Assembly (NCBI GenBank): GCA_024137785.1
Contig: JAHRHZ010000267.1
Location: 14,149,454 to 14,213,453, forward strand
Source of the DNA: Ginglymostoma cirratum
Taxonomy: Eukaryota
Length of the DNA: 64,000 nt
Direction of reading: 5' to 3'
Shown: positions 12,960-24,231 of the stretch, one piece after another
Position numbering within the stretch: position 1 is the first letter of the stretch
Layout of the letters: the number at the start of each line of letters is the position of its first letter
The notes under the pieces: model-generated
Told to the model about the DNA's origin: nothing
Seen by the model: only the letters and a program-made list of their open reading frames with translations
The model's database searches: none
Position numbers and translations under genes: made by a program

Positions 12960-14255
12960 GCCAGCTTTGGCTCAGTCATTGGCATGCTTGCCTCGAAGGT
13001 AGTAGATTGTGACTTCGAGTCCCACTTCAGAGATTTGAGCACATAATCCGGGCTGACACTCCAGTGTGTCGAGGGGGCTGCTGGCATGCAATCCTTAGGA
13101 TTAGAGTCTCCTCTCTCAAGTGGGCATAATGAAATATCCCACAAAAAAATTCAAAGACAAGGAGATAAAAAGGGCTGCAGATGCTGGAAGCCAAGTCATT
13201 GAAAACCAATACTGTGAAGTCTCTTCTGAGGATACCCACCTTGAAGGCATTTTTCCTCCTCCCTTCGAGGACAGCTCAGTGAGTCTCTCCCCCACTGCAA
13301 CTGCCTGGTTGTCTCCTCTGCACTGAAGATCTTCAGCCACAATCTGAAGCAGTCTCGATAGTACAGCCCTGTCTCCTTCTTCAGTGTTTGTCTACGCAGC
13401 TAGTTCATCCCCCATGGACTCTAAATAACTTTCAGACCTTCACAGTTTAGTCCCAACCATGACAATCGTTGCCCAAAGTACCTCCAGTGCCCCTGGAAAT
13501 AGTTCTCCCTATGGATTCTCAGCTTCACACTCTCTGCCATGCGTTGACACCTTCTGTCCCTGCATTCGGCATGCCCCAGCTCAGGACCTCCCTCTCCCAG
13601 ACCTGCAGAGGACCTCTACTGTTCTTTGTCCTCAGCAGAGTCCACATCCTCAACAAATGCCTTTTCTCTGTCCTATCGGACATCAAAGACTGCAATTACG
13701 CCAAGCTCTCCCACACTCACCTCCAGACACAGACCTCCTCAACCATTCAGCATCCTAACCTGATCTCTGACATTCTCTGCGATCAGCTCGCATCATTAAC
13801 CATGCGGGTGCTCCAACCACACCTAATTACCATGTGACTGCTGCTATCACCATCTCTCCTACCGTTCCCCCAGCACCACCCCTCTCCCTCTATTTATGTC
13901 TGGGCTTCCCTCCCCTCCCCAGTCCTGACGAAGAGTTTTGGCCCAAAACATTGACTTACATGGTCCTCGGATGCTCTCTGACCTGCTGTGCTTTTCCAGC
14001 CTCGCATCCATTATCTCACAATTCAAAAGCAAGCTGTGAAATTGTTGGCAATATTAATCCATCAGTTGAAATCACTGAAAGAGATTATTTAGTTGTTATC
14101 AGGTTACCGTTTGAAGGACCTTGTTGTGTCCAAATTGGCTTTGTTGTTCCCTAGATTTCACTGTGGCTTAGATTTCCAAAGTGTTTCATTAGATGTAAAA
14201 TGCTTTGGGATGCTCTGAGGTTGCAAAAGGTTCTATTTAAATGCAAGTCTTTCTT
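12960..14255 (+). mobile_element. Deu-domain SINE split by a Penelope insertion (SINE parts 12960-13155 and 14020-14255)
   Basis: tRNA-like head and Deu core lie before 13155; the 3' part, ending atttaaatgcaagtctttctt, resumes at 14020. Confidence 0.7.
13156..14019 (+). mobile_element. Penelope-like pLTR/ORF N-terminal remnant with a degenerate hammerhead
   Basis: A short inverted terminal piece (13156-13195) is followed by decayed ORF-start sequence (SFFSVCLRS*FIPHGL), a pyrimidine tract, CTGACGA...CCCAAAAC near 13925 and a family A-like tail. aattcaaa is duplicated at 13148-13155 and 14020-14027. Confidence 0.65.
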
Positions 14256-14330
14256 ACAGGCATGTTTTTAATTATCTGCTTTATTGAAGAGCTTTTCCGA
14301 ATCAGGGTTCTGTCAATAAATTTGCGTGCT

Positions 14331-14563
14331 ACCAAACAGAACAGCTTCTTCCCTGCTATTGTTAGACTTGTGAATGGTCCTTTCAAATTTGACGTTGATC
14401 TTACTGTTTGTGCACCTTCTCTGCTGTCGCAACATTGTCTTCTTCATTCTGTCCTATTACTCTTATGCACTTGTATGGTATGATCTGCTTGTACTGCACA
14501 CAAAACAAAACTTTTCATTGTTCCCAGGTACATTTGAAAATAATGAATCAAATCAATCAAATC
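14331..14563 (+). mobile_element. Rex1/Babar-type LINE 3' end
   Basis: NSFFP-encoding aacagcttcttccct followed by a 3' UTR ending in (aatca)n. Confidence 0.55.
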
Positions 14564-17500
14564 AGGAAAAAAAGTGCTGAAGGGGATTTGGGAGTGGGAT
14601 TAGAGGTTGCGGAAAGGTAGAAATGCAGGTCAATTAGTTTGGGAAACATAGGAATGTGAAACAAATGCCTATTCGAGAGGGTGAAGGAGAAGTACACAAA
14701 AAGCTATTATAAATAAATAGTAAATAAAATTGCCTAGGCAAGCCTTCTTGTTCAAATAATTACTTAGGTGTTATTGAATTGGATTTTGGAGTACTTACGA
14801 CAGATCTAATGTTAATTCCAAGTAACAGTGAGGTTTGGAACAAGACTGCTGAACCAGCGTTTAAGCACAGTCAGTTCAGTGCAGTCAAGTTCTGTGGAAA
14901 TCAATCCCATCTCCAACTCGATTTAGTCCCAAAACTCATTTCACTTAACACCGTTATCAGCCATCTTAGAAAGCAGGCCTATTCTGAACTGGACTGAAAC
15001 CACAGTCTCAAAGGTAGAAGTGTGTGTTTAAGAACACTGTGATAATGTACTGTTCTGAATCAATTTTCAGCAAGGGCAGTGAATCATATTTAAATATCAA
15101 GCAGTGCTTTCACTAAATGCTTTTCAAGTTCCAGGGCAAATGAAAAATGAGGGATGAAAGCCAAGCTAAACCATAGGTCCTTTCTCCAGAACTAGCCTCA
15201 GCATCTAATTTGGATGCTTGTTTTACCACGGGCACTTATGGTGCAAATTTTGTGCAGCAGCTAAATTAATCGTTTTGTTTTAATTCCTTTCGAGGATGAC
15301 AACTAAATCAAATATGTTAGATTCACAACATAAAGGCCACTCAGCATTTAATTTGAAATACTGTCAGTGTGATTACTTGCTTAAACAAAATCATAGTGCA
15401 ACTGTACTCTTTTCTGAAACAAATTAAAAATCTTTATGGGACTGATGGAGCTTGCAGTGCTAGATGATTTTTATTGCGGTCTCAAAATTAATCGTCATCT
15501 TTTATAAATTGCATGTAAGGAGTGCTGTGGCTTTAAAGAGTGAAGGTGATTACTGATTATAAGAATGGAGCTTCTTATTTACAAAGAAAAATACAGTGGT
15601 GTTCTGTCGTATTAGAGCCTCCTTTTAAAAAGCAGCCAAAAAGACTCATGATTAATCTTGTTTTTATTCATAGTGAGAGCTGAGCTGATATCATCAGGAG
15701 ACCTGGGACCAGGGAAGAATCAGATATTGAACAAACAGTGTAAAGGAAGTGAATTGACCATCAGTTAAAGTGATGAGATTGAGGCATGTCAGCATAATGA
15801 CTGCACCCCCGTTAAGAACTACCTCCTCACACTGTCAGATTCAATAATTCTCCTGTACCTGTCCATTGAGTGTGATGATCAAGGCCGGTACAGTTTTCAT
15901 AGAATAAAGTTAAGAATCAGAGATACGAATGTAAAAACACTGCAGATACTGGAAATCAGAAATAATGCAGGATAAGTTGGAAATGCTGATCAGGTCTGGC
16001 AGCAATTACAATGAGAGGAGCCGAGTTAATGGGCTGGATTTCACCAGCTTTCTGATAACAGACTGGGAAGCCTCACTGTAATAATGGTAGAAGGCATCAT
16101 GAGAGAAATCTGACATCTTCACCCTGCTACAGAATATTCTGAGATGGTTAGGTGGGTAATGAAACCAATGTGTAGTCCAAGTAAGCCCCAATTCCCACAG
16201 TGTCCTCCTGGCAAGGACTCCAGGTAAACCATCATTGTGGGACAGGTGGAGGTGGTGGTCTGTCAGAGGCTCCTCCACTGTCAATGGCTACCCCCACTGC
16301 TCCCAGTTCTGCTGCTGGAGAGTTCACCCCTCCAGTAGCCACGACCTGTCCAGCTAACCATGACACTCTAAGTGAGAAAAATGCTTCCCTTTTCCGAAAA
16401 AGGTGCCCTCCCCTTCCTGCAGTTTCAGCAGTGGCCACCTCTATTGGTGGAGCTGCTGGCTGTTTTAATGGAGGATGAGTGGCGATCACCACAGCGACTA
16501 CTTAAGGGCAGCAAACAGTGAAGTGTTGACCAGAGTCCTGCTGTCCATCTGCACAAGGCCCATCTTTCATTCTTGGCAGGGGCACTGGTTACATTTTGGA
16601 GAATTTTAGGTCAACATATCAGGTATGTGACCTTTTATCAGAAGGTTCTCCAAAAGAGCTCTTAAAAATCTTCAGAGTCCGTTGAACTCTCATAGTTACG
16701 TAATATGACGCGTTTGCAAAATGATATGCAACACAGTCTTTGGATTACAAGAAGAACACTGTTATAATTCTTAATTCAGTTTATATCTAACTGCTAGTGT
16801 TCACTAAGAATGAACAACACTGTTAGCTAAGTAGTACTGTACTGCATTGGTTTAATATGAACAATTTCCTGTATATTTCTGCAAGGTGGCCTTGCAGAAT
16901 ATGACTGCTTTAAACTTTTGACAGGATCGCAGTTTGCTCGAGATTAAACAAGATTCAGCAAAATTTCAGACCATTTGCAGACATAGACACTTCCGACTTA
17001 AATTTTGGGAAGTTAGAGGACTGCTAGACATTTTTTTCGAAATGATCTCAACCGTGACATGGTGCCTTGGGATATTTTAAATACTGCGGAACAGTCACCA
17101 GGTCATTGGTTGTCTGTGACCTAGCACACTAGGAAATGGCAGATTGATGAATGTGAAACATGAAGAAAAGTGGTGATTTTGAGAGCTAAATGGTTTGAAT
17201 ATCTTGCTCCAGAGACATCAGCAATTAGAACGGTCAATAGACATTGTATTGTGAGCATAAATCATCTTGATGCTCGCAATTAGATAAGTAATTATTAAAT
17301 TGCATAGGATATGACATAACCTGTGCTGAATGAAGCAGGGTGGATCAGCATTGGCCTCCAGTTCCATTCCACTCCTGACCCAAGTGGGAAGATGTGGGAG
17401 TGTGGTAGAGCCCAGGGGAAGAAGGCTGTGCGGTATGTGGGGATGAGAGTGAGTCAAAAGGTAAAAATCAGTCTGAAATGTTCAGCCTTGGTGATCCTTT

Positions 17501-17715
17501 GCCCTTCTGAGTTGGCAGCTATATGGTAGCATTTTTGTTTTCAACTTTGGGATTAGGGTCTGGAAGGACATTCACATATTATCAATACCTGTAGTGTCTT
17601 GCCAAGCAACTTCAGAGGATAGTTTGAGGATCAGCCACATCCTGTGGGTATTCATTTGGTAGAGAATACAGGTCAAACTGGCAGGTTTTCTAAAGGATTT
17701 TAGCTGATCATCTTT

Positions 17716-17960
17716 CAAAAACAAAAGCAAAATACTTTGAATGCTGGAAATCTGAAACACGGAGAATTCTGCAGAAATTCAGCAGATCTGGCAGCAGCTG
17801 TGGAGAGAGAGAAAAGCAAGTGTTAACATTTCGAGTCTGGAATGACTGTTCTTCGGAACTAGTCAGGACTCCAGTTCTTGAGGAAGTCATTCCAGACTTG
17901 AAACATTAACACTGCTTCTCTCTCCATAGATGTTACTGGCGCTGATGACTTCTGTCAACA
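17716..17960. mobile_element. Penelope-derived fold-back element (family B) with two degenerate hammerhead-like cores
   Basis: Inverted arms gtgttaacatttcgagtctggaatgact / agtcattccagacttgaaacattaacac flank a spacer of about 12 nt. Inserted into a reverse-oriented SINE. Confidence 0.75.
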
Positions 17961-19829
17961 CTTCAGAACCTTCACTGTCACTGATGTTACTTACCAAGTT
18001 TTATTAAAGTGGGTTCAGATTCTCCAACTGCCATAGCAGAATTTGTACTTATGCTTTGGGTTATTAGCCTAGGCCTGCAGGATTATTATTATTAAAGTGA
18101 TATGTGGTATACCACACAGGCCTATGAACAGATCTCAACCCATCCATTCCATCAGCAGCAGATCTTAATCAAACTGCTTCTAACTGCATATTGATATAAC
18201 ACTGAAATGCTTATGAAATAAGTAGTAGACAGACATATTAAATGTACCAGTATGGGTAAGGAAAGGAATTAGTAATAAAGCCTGCACGGTACACATACCT
18301 CTAGAGATATTTATTATGAAACCATCTGATTGGAGTGCCTATTTTTAAAATAAAAGCTACAATATTTATCGCAATATTTTAATAAAAGCTGGTCCAAGCA
18401 GAATTTAAGTTGGTAAGTCAAAGAATGTTCAAGATATAATCATGTAGTGTTGCATAAAATTAAAATAATCTACTTTATACAAGCGTATAGGTTTCTTGTT
18501 GGTGAGCTTTGAGTAATTTGGTTTAATGTTTTCGATGAAGTTTTTTTTAAATTTGGCTGGAATATTTGAAGCCATAGTTTGGGATATCTAGGTTTATTTC
18601 AGTATTTAATCACTAATCTGTTTGAACTTTAGAAGGGATTAATTTCTTTCACCTTTTTTTAGTTGGTAAAACTAAATGCAGAAGATTGACACGTGGTGGA
18701 TCTGATGCAGGAACAAGAAGATCTTACAGGGTGTGGGTTTTGTACTGGGATTGACACTCAGCTCCTAAGGCTGCATAATAGTTCATATGTTTCATGGAAA
18801 GCCCAAACACCTAAAAATTTCAACATAGTAGACTGGAAACTCAAAGGAACACAAAGCAGATGATGAGCTATGCCTAAAACATTAGTCCAACATCCCTATA
18901 CAATACTGGTCAAATGGCCAGGTATTTGTAGTGGTTTCTTCTTTTTCCACCTTCCATTTAATTTTTATGATCCAAGCATCAAGCAGTCATATATATTTAT
19001 GATGATAAAAACTGTGAAAGCAATTCATTTGAAAATTCAATTAGAGACAGGGGGCCTGGTGGTAATGGAACAAGTCCTCGAGACCTTGCTGTCTTATTAA
19101 AACACCAGCCAATACTTTATAAATCTTAAGGGAATAAATTCCAGAAATTGCTTACACTTGAAAACATACCAGTGTGTCTGCTTGTGTGTAGCAGCTCACA
19201 ATATTCCTGAGCCTTACTTACCTTCTATCTTAATTGCATTTAAAATATGTGCCCTTACGATGGCTGTTCTTTAAGTGCAATACCACATGGTTTTATAGGC
19301 TAAGCGCTGCAGTTCACTTGACTGGATTTACGAACAGAGGGACAGCTAGCACCTGCCGTGAATCTCAAGCGTGGTTTTGTGATAGTAATTACGAGAGGAA
19401 GGTAACAGCTGAAGTGAATTTTGTGCTGGCTGGAATCATTTGGCTGTAGAAAAGTAACATGTACCTTGCAAGGATGCTATTTTGCTAAATGTGACATTAT
19501 GTTCTTATAGGGTCACTTGTAATAAGTGCTGTTGAAGCATTATTTTCTCTGCATGCCAAGGCAGTCTGGATTGGGTTGGCTTGGTAAATGATGTACATTT
19601 TGTTTCCTTTTGTAACTTTGGCTGTTTTGCTCTTATTTATCATTTGGAGAATTAATATGCTAAGACATTGAGGTTAAAAAGTCAACACCTTGCACTCATT
19701 CTCAATCCTTCCAACTTTTGCAGTGGATTTTCATAATATGCACTTAGTGAACAGTCCTGACCTCTTCTCTCCAACAAAGTCCAAGAGTGGCTTGATGGAA
19801 ATCCACATAGGTGCAGGAAACTATGTTTC

Positions 19830-20050
19830 TGCCTGTGGGGATTCCAAAACTAAGGGTCATAAAGATAATATACTCACTCTTAAACGCATGAAGAAATTCA
19901 GAAGCAAGTTTTACAGTGATTAGAAAGTGGAACTTGGGGAACATGTTAGGCAAAAATCATGACAAATCCATTTAAAATAGAAGCTAGATAAATACTTGAT
20001 GTAGAAAGAAATAGAAGGATATGTTGATAGAGAGAGATGGCTTAAGGTGA
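19830..20050 (+). mobile_element. Decayed CR1 3' fragment
   Basis: SKTKGHK motif and ctagataaatacttgatg...gaaggatatg, typical of the CR1 end. Confidence 0.5.
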
Positions 20051-20454
20051 GTAGAGGTTCACATGGGGAGTAAACACCCACATATACATTTTTTAAATTC
20101 ATTCATGGGATATACATGTCACTTGCTGGACCAGTATTTATTGTCCATCCCTAATTGCCCTTGGACTGAGCGGCTTGCTAGACCATTTGAGAGTGCAGTT
20201 AAAAGTCAACTACATCGCTATTGGGCCAAATGGCTCTGTTCTGTGCCATTAATACTATGAATTAGCTCATCACTTGTTTACTGTTTTCCAGCATAACATG
20301 AACTGTAATTTTACAGTCATTCAAATCCATTCAGATACAATGAAGAAAGGAGAATCATATGAGAACTATATAATACTGACTTCATGTTATGAAAATGCGT
20401 ATGATAATTTGAGATGATAATATTACAGTTGGCTTGACAACATCTAGATTGGTA

Positions 20455-21410
20455 GTGCTGAAGATTTCTGCTCAAGAACTAGTCACATTCATAGCTAAGC
20501 AGTTCCAGTGAAGCTGCAACATTGGTATTGACCTGACTATGTGGAAAATTAACCCATGTGTATCCTATCCACATAAATCCATCCAACCCATTACTGCATC
20601 CTCAGTCTACTCTCAATCATTGGTGAAGTGATGAAAGTTGTTATCAACAGTGCTGTCCAGAGGGACTTATAAAGCCACTGCACATTGAAGATTAGTGTGG
20701 GTTCCACACTGCCACTTGGCTCCAGATTTAATTATAGCCTTGGTTCAAGCATGGACAAAATATTTGGAATCCGGAAGTGAGGTGAGGGTGACTTTCCTTG
20801 GCATCAAGGTGGCATTTCAGTGAATGCGGCATCAAGGAATACTCGCAAAATGAAGTCAGGAAGAATTGGGGAGAACAATCCACTAACTGGAGTCATACCT
20901 AGCTTAAAATAAGATGTCATAGTTGTTGGAGGCCAATCATCTCAGCCCCAGGACATCTCTTGTGGGAGTTCCTCAGATTGGTTTTCTCAGCCCAACCACT
21001 TTCACCTGCTTTATCAATGACTTTTTCCGTATCAGAATATCAGAAGTGGGGATGTTTACTGTTGATTGCACACAACAATTCAGGCACTCCAAAGTAGTCT
21101 GGGCCCACCTGTAGCAAAACCTAGATGACATGTGAGCTTCAGCTGATACGTGGCAAATTACATTGATGTCACACAGATTCCAGGCAATGACCATCTCCAG
21201 CAGGAAATAATATAACCAGCTCCTCTTGATATACAATACAACTACTGTTGTTTAGTTTTCCAGCAACAAAATCCAATTTACAATTGTTCAGAAGCTGAAC
21301 TGGACGAGCCATATAAAAACTGTGACTGTAAGAGTAAAATCGGAGGCTGGTAGTTCTGCAATGTGTAGCTCACCTGCTGATTCCTTGATGCCTGTCCTCC
21401 ATCATATCCC
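20455..21410 (+). mobile_element. Decayed CR1-clade LINE RT region
   Basis: Remnants of WK...V.P.HK, SLLSII..VME, GVPQ..FLSPTTFTCFIND and W...F. Confidence 0.7.
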
Positions 21411-22455
21411 AAAATCAAATTAGAAAGCAACTTACATCAATTTAACCAGCTTTGATCCGTTCCAGTGCTCAGGGAAAAAGTTGTAGTGCTGTTATGCCCT
21501 ATTACTATTGTCAATTATTTGAAAAATATCTGGATTTTGCCATGTGATTTCTTCATGTGAATTCTGACATGCCTAATTAAAGTATTTTTGCTGTAAATAT
21601 AGTACTTCACAAAACATAATTGATAACTGGCCCTTATTAACAATGGCTATCACTATATGTGAGATTATACAGAGATTAATGAAGGACATACTTTGTTAAA
21701 AGATAACGCTCAGGTGATATGACCTTCACTGATGAGGAGTGGCGTAAATTATTTTTTAAAAATTGTGAGACAGTAAGGTGAGGATGTACAGAATTAAAGG
21801 GAAGCATAGCTGTAGGTTAGGAAAGATGAGTACTTTATAGTCAGAGCTAGAGTAAATAGTGAAATCCTAAACTAGGTAAAAGAGACAAGACTGGGGATAG
21901 CAGTCAATGGAAGGAGCTAAAGCAGGCTGAGGCAATAATCTGCATCTAACAAACTACAGTCTAGGTGGGAGAAACTGGAACAATGGAAGGGACTTGGCCA
22001 AATTTGAGAGGAGAGAAATGGGGTTTCCAATAATCTGTCAAGATGCTCTCCATATAAAGTAATTAAGTTGTTTGTTGTAATGGTGGAAATCCTGTTGAAG
22101 AGAACCATTAATCCAATGATTATAGAAATCAAATTTGGTTGAAATTATGTGGCACACATTGAGCAGGAAAGAATATTTTGACTTTTTTTTAACCATTTAT
22201 CTTTGGCACTTCCTTCCAGAATAGAGAACTAATTGCTGGGAGAGTGTTTTACAAATGCCATTCCCCTGCAAGTGCCTCAGCCTTTGTTGTTAATGTGAAC
22301 AGTGAATGATGAGTTGGAGTAACCCAATAGTGCCGGATGTTGCCACGATCTTACATACAAACTGGCTTTCCTGTACGGACACGGCAGGTGGCCCTGATTG
22401 TACGCAACCAACACTGATATTTCCTCCCTCTCCATATCCTAGGAGACAGTGAGTA

Positions 22456-22803
22456 CAGCAAACGTTTTATTAACTGGCACCTATGGGACCAAAAGTGTGC
22501 CAGTTGATCAAATATTCCATTTGATCAAGAGGTCCAATATAGAAAACAGACAATGTGATAGGAACATAATGCAGTGGTTATACACATCACTGTTTGCAGC
22601 ATAAATCACTAAATAATATTGCAACTTTGCCTTAAATAAGACTTACAGGCAGAGAGCCTTCTCTCTCGCACCCTCAACTGACTGTTCGGACATCTCAAAG
22701 ATAGTGATAATATAGTAAACCTCCGGTAATTCAGATGTAATAATTTTTGGTGGTTTATCGAGAGTGCCAATTCATAAGGTGCCAGTTAAAATAAAGTTTG
22801 CCG
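22456..22803. mobile_element. Tc1/mariner (Tigger/pogo-like) MITE
   Basis: TIRs of about 30 bp, cagcaaacgttttattaactggcacctatg / cataaggtgccagttaaaataaagtttgccg, flanked by TA at 22454-22455 and 22804-22805. Confidence 0.8.
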
Positions 22804-23575
22804 TAATACCTTGGCTGCAACTCTGACTTCAGCCAATGGGCCAGGGATTGAAGCTGAGAATTTGCTGCTCTGTTTGACCATCTGGCACAATTATCCAGCT
22901 AACCTGGAGGGGAATTTTTTTCTCACCCTCTTCTGCCTCTGACATTTTAGTTATCACATGCAAATTGTTTCCAGAATTTGCTTAGAATATATATAACTTC
23001 TCAAAGGGGAAAATTTTGGAATAATATAGACTTTAAAAACAGGTATTAAATGCAGAGATGCTTGAAGTCTGAAATTGAAAAATATATCCAGAAATACGTG
23101 GTGGGTCAGGTAGAATCTATGGAAAGAGAGGTAGAGTTAGCATTTCAAATTGATGCCCATAGCCAGAACAATTTTCATTCTGACCATATAAAACCCTGTT
23201 TTATGAAAAGCTTTTGCTTCATTTCACTTGCAAATGCATAATTGAAATTGTTTTGTTGTCTCAACAAGCAGCTTTGTAAAGAACTCCAAACATACTCCAC
23301 CGCAAGCTTGCTTCCCTACATTTGAAATGAATAGCAAGACTGCAGATGTCAATGAGCTTATCTATGAGAATGATATCTCACTGGCAGTCAATTGAAAATG
23401 AACAGCCGTGATTAAGACCAGGATGGCTTCTATTTATGGAGTTTCTTTAAGCAAAAATAAATGACTTTTTAGGACAGGAATGGTAAAAAGGGCTTAAGTA
23501 GTACTGCTGATTACAATGTATATGATTTCAGAATGTTGTGATATTTGTTTTCACACACCTCTCTTTTATATTTAG

Positions 23576-23634
23576 TCAGAAAATTACTCCATCGAATCAA
23601 GCTATGTAAACAGCAGGCAGCACCTCATTAAAAG
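23576..23634 (+). CDS. pcdh19: Protocadherin-19 internal coding exon (59 bp; equivalent to human exon 4)
   Basis: Polypyrimidine tract plus acceptor ctcttttatatttAG and donor AG|GTAAGT. Translates SENYSIESSYVNSRQHLIK(S), matching the PCDH19 segment NYSFDSNYVNSRAHLIKS as I recall it. Phase 0/2 fits the next exon. Confidence 0.93.
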
Positions 23635-24231
23635 GTAAGTCGCTCTTTCTTTTGCAGTATTGAACAGGGTAAGTGTATTCAGGAAGCCTTCTGCCAATTG
23701 GTTTTGGTGTCCCTTTCGGTATTGTTAGGAGGTCTTCACTATAATCCTGACTTTGCATGATTTGATCACATCCTCAGCTGACTTAATGCTGTTTTGAAAC
23801 ACTGGTCAGTCTTTTCCAAGCAACAGACTCGCTTCCTGCAGAATAAATGACCTCAATATCAAAATTTATTCAATGCTGCAACCACCTAGAATCATTTAGT
23901 CAGGGGGAAACAAAACAGATGTTTTTTTCACTGACAGAGAGATTTAGATCCATTTTGGTCTGTCAGTCAAGGCGACACCTAGCCCTGAAGAAATGAATAA
24001 AGAAAAGGGATTTTACAGAAGGCAGCTCAAAGCACGCTGAAGCAAGGTGCACAAATGGAAGCTATTTAGAAACCTCCCTACCAGCCTTCAGTGGGACATA
24101 ATGTCTGGTCAGAGCAGCAGGGAAAATTGCAAGTGGGTTATTCAGGGAATTAAATCCAATGGTGGCAGACAAAATAACAGCTTCCAAGTGCAGGGTCGTG
24201 CTGATTCAATATCTTCTTAGAGTTTTAAAAC

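Noticed and set aside
16006-16492. GC-richer patch with overlapping ORFs rich in Pro, Ala and Gly
   Set aside because: No recognisable protein or convincing splice pair; it begins with a gggctggattt end typical of an old non-autonomous repeat.
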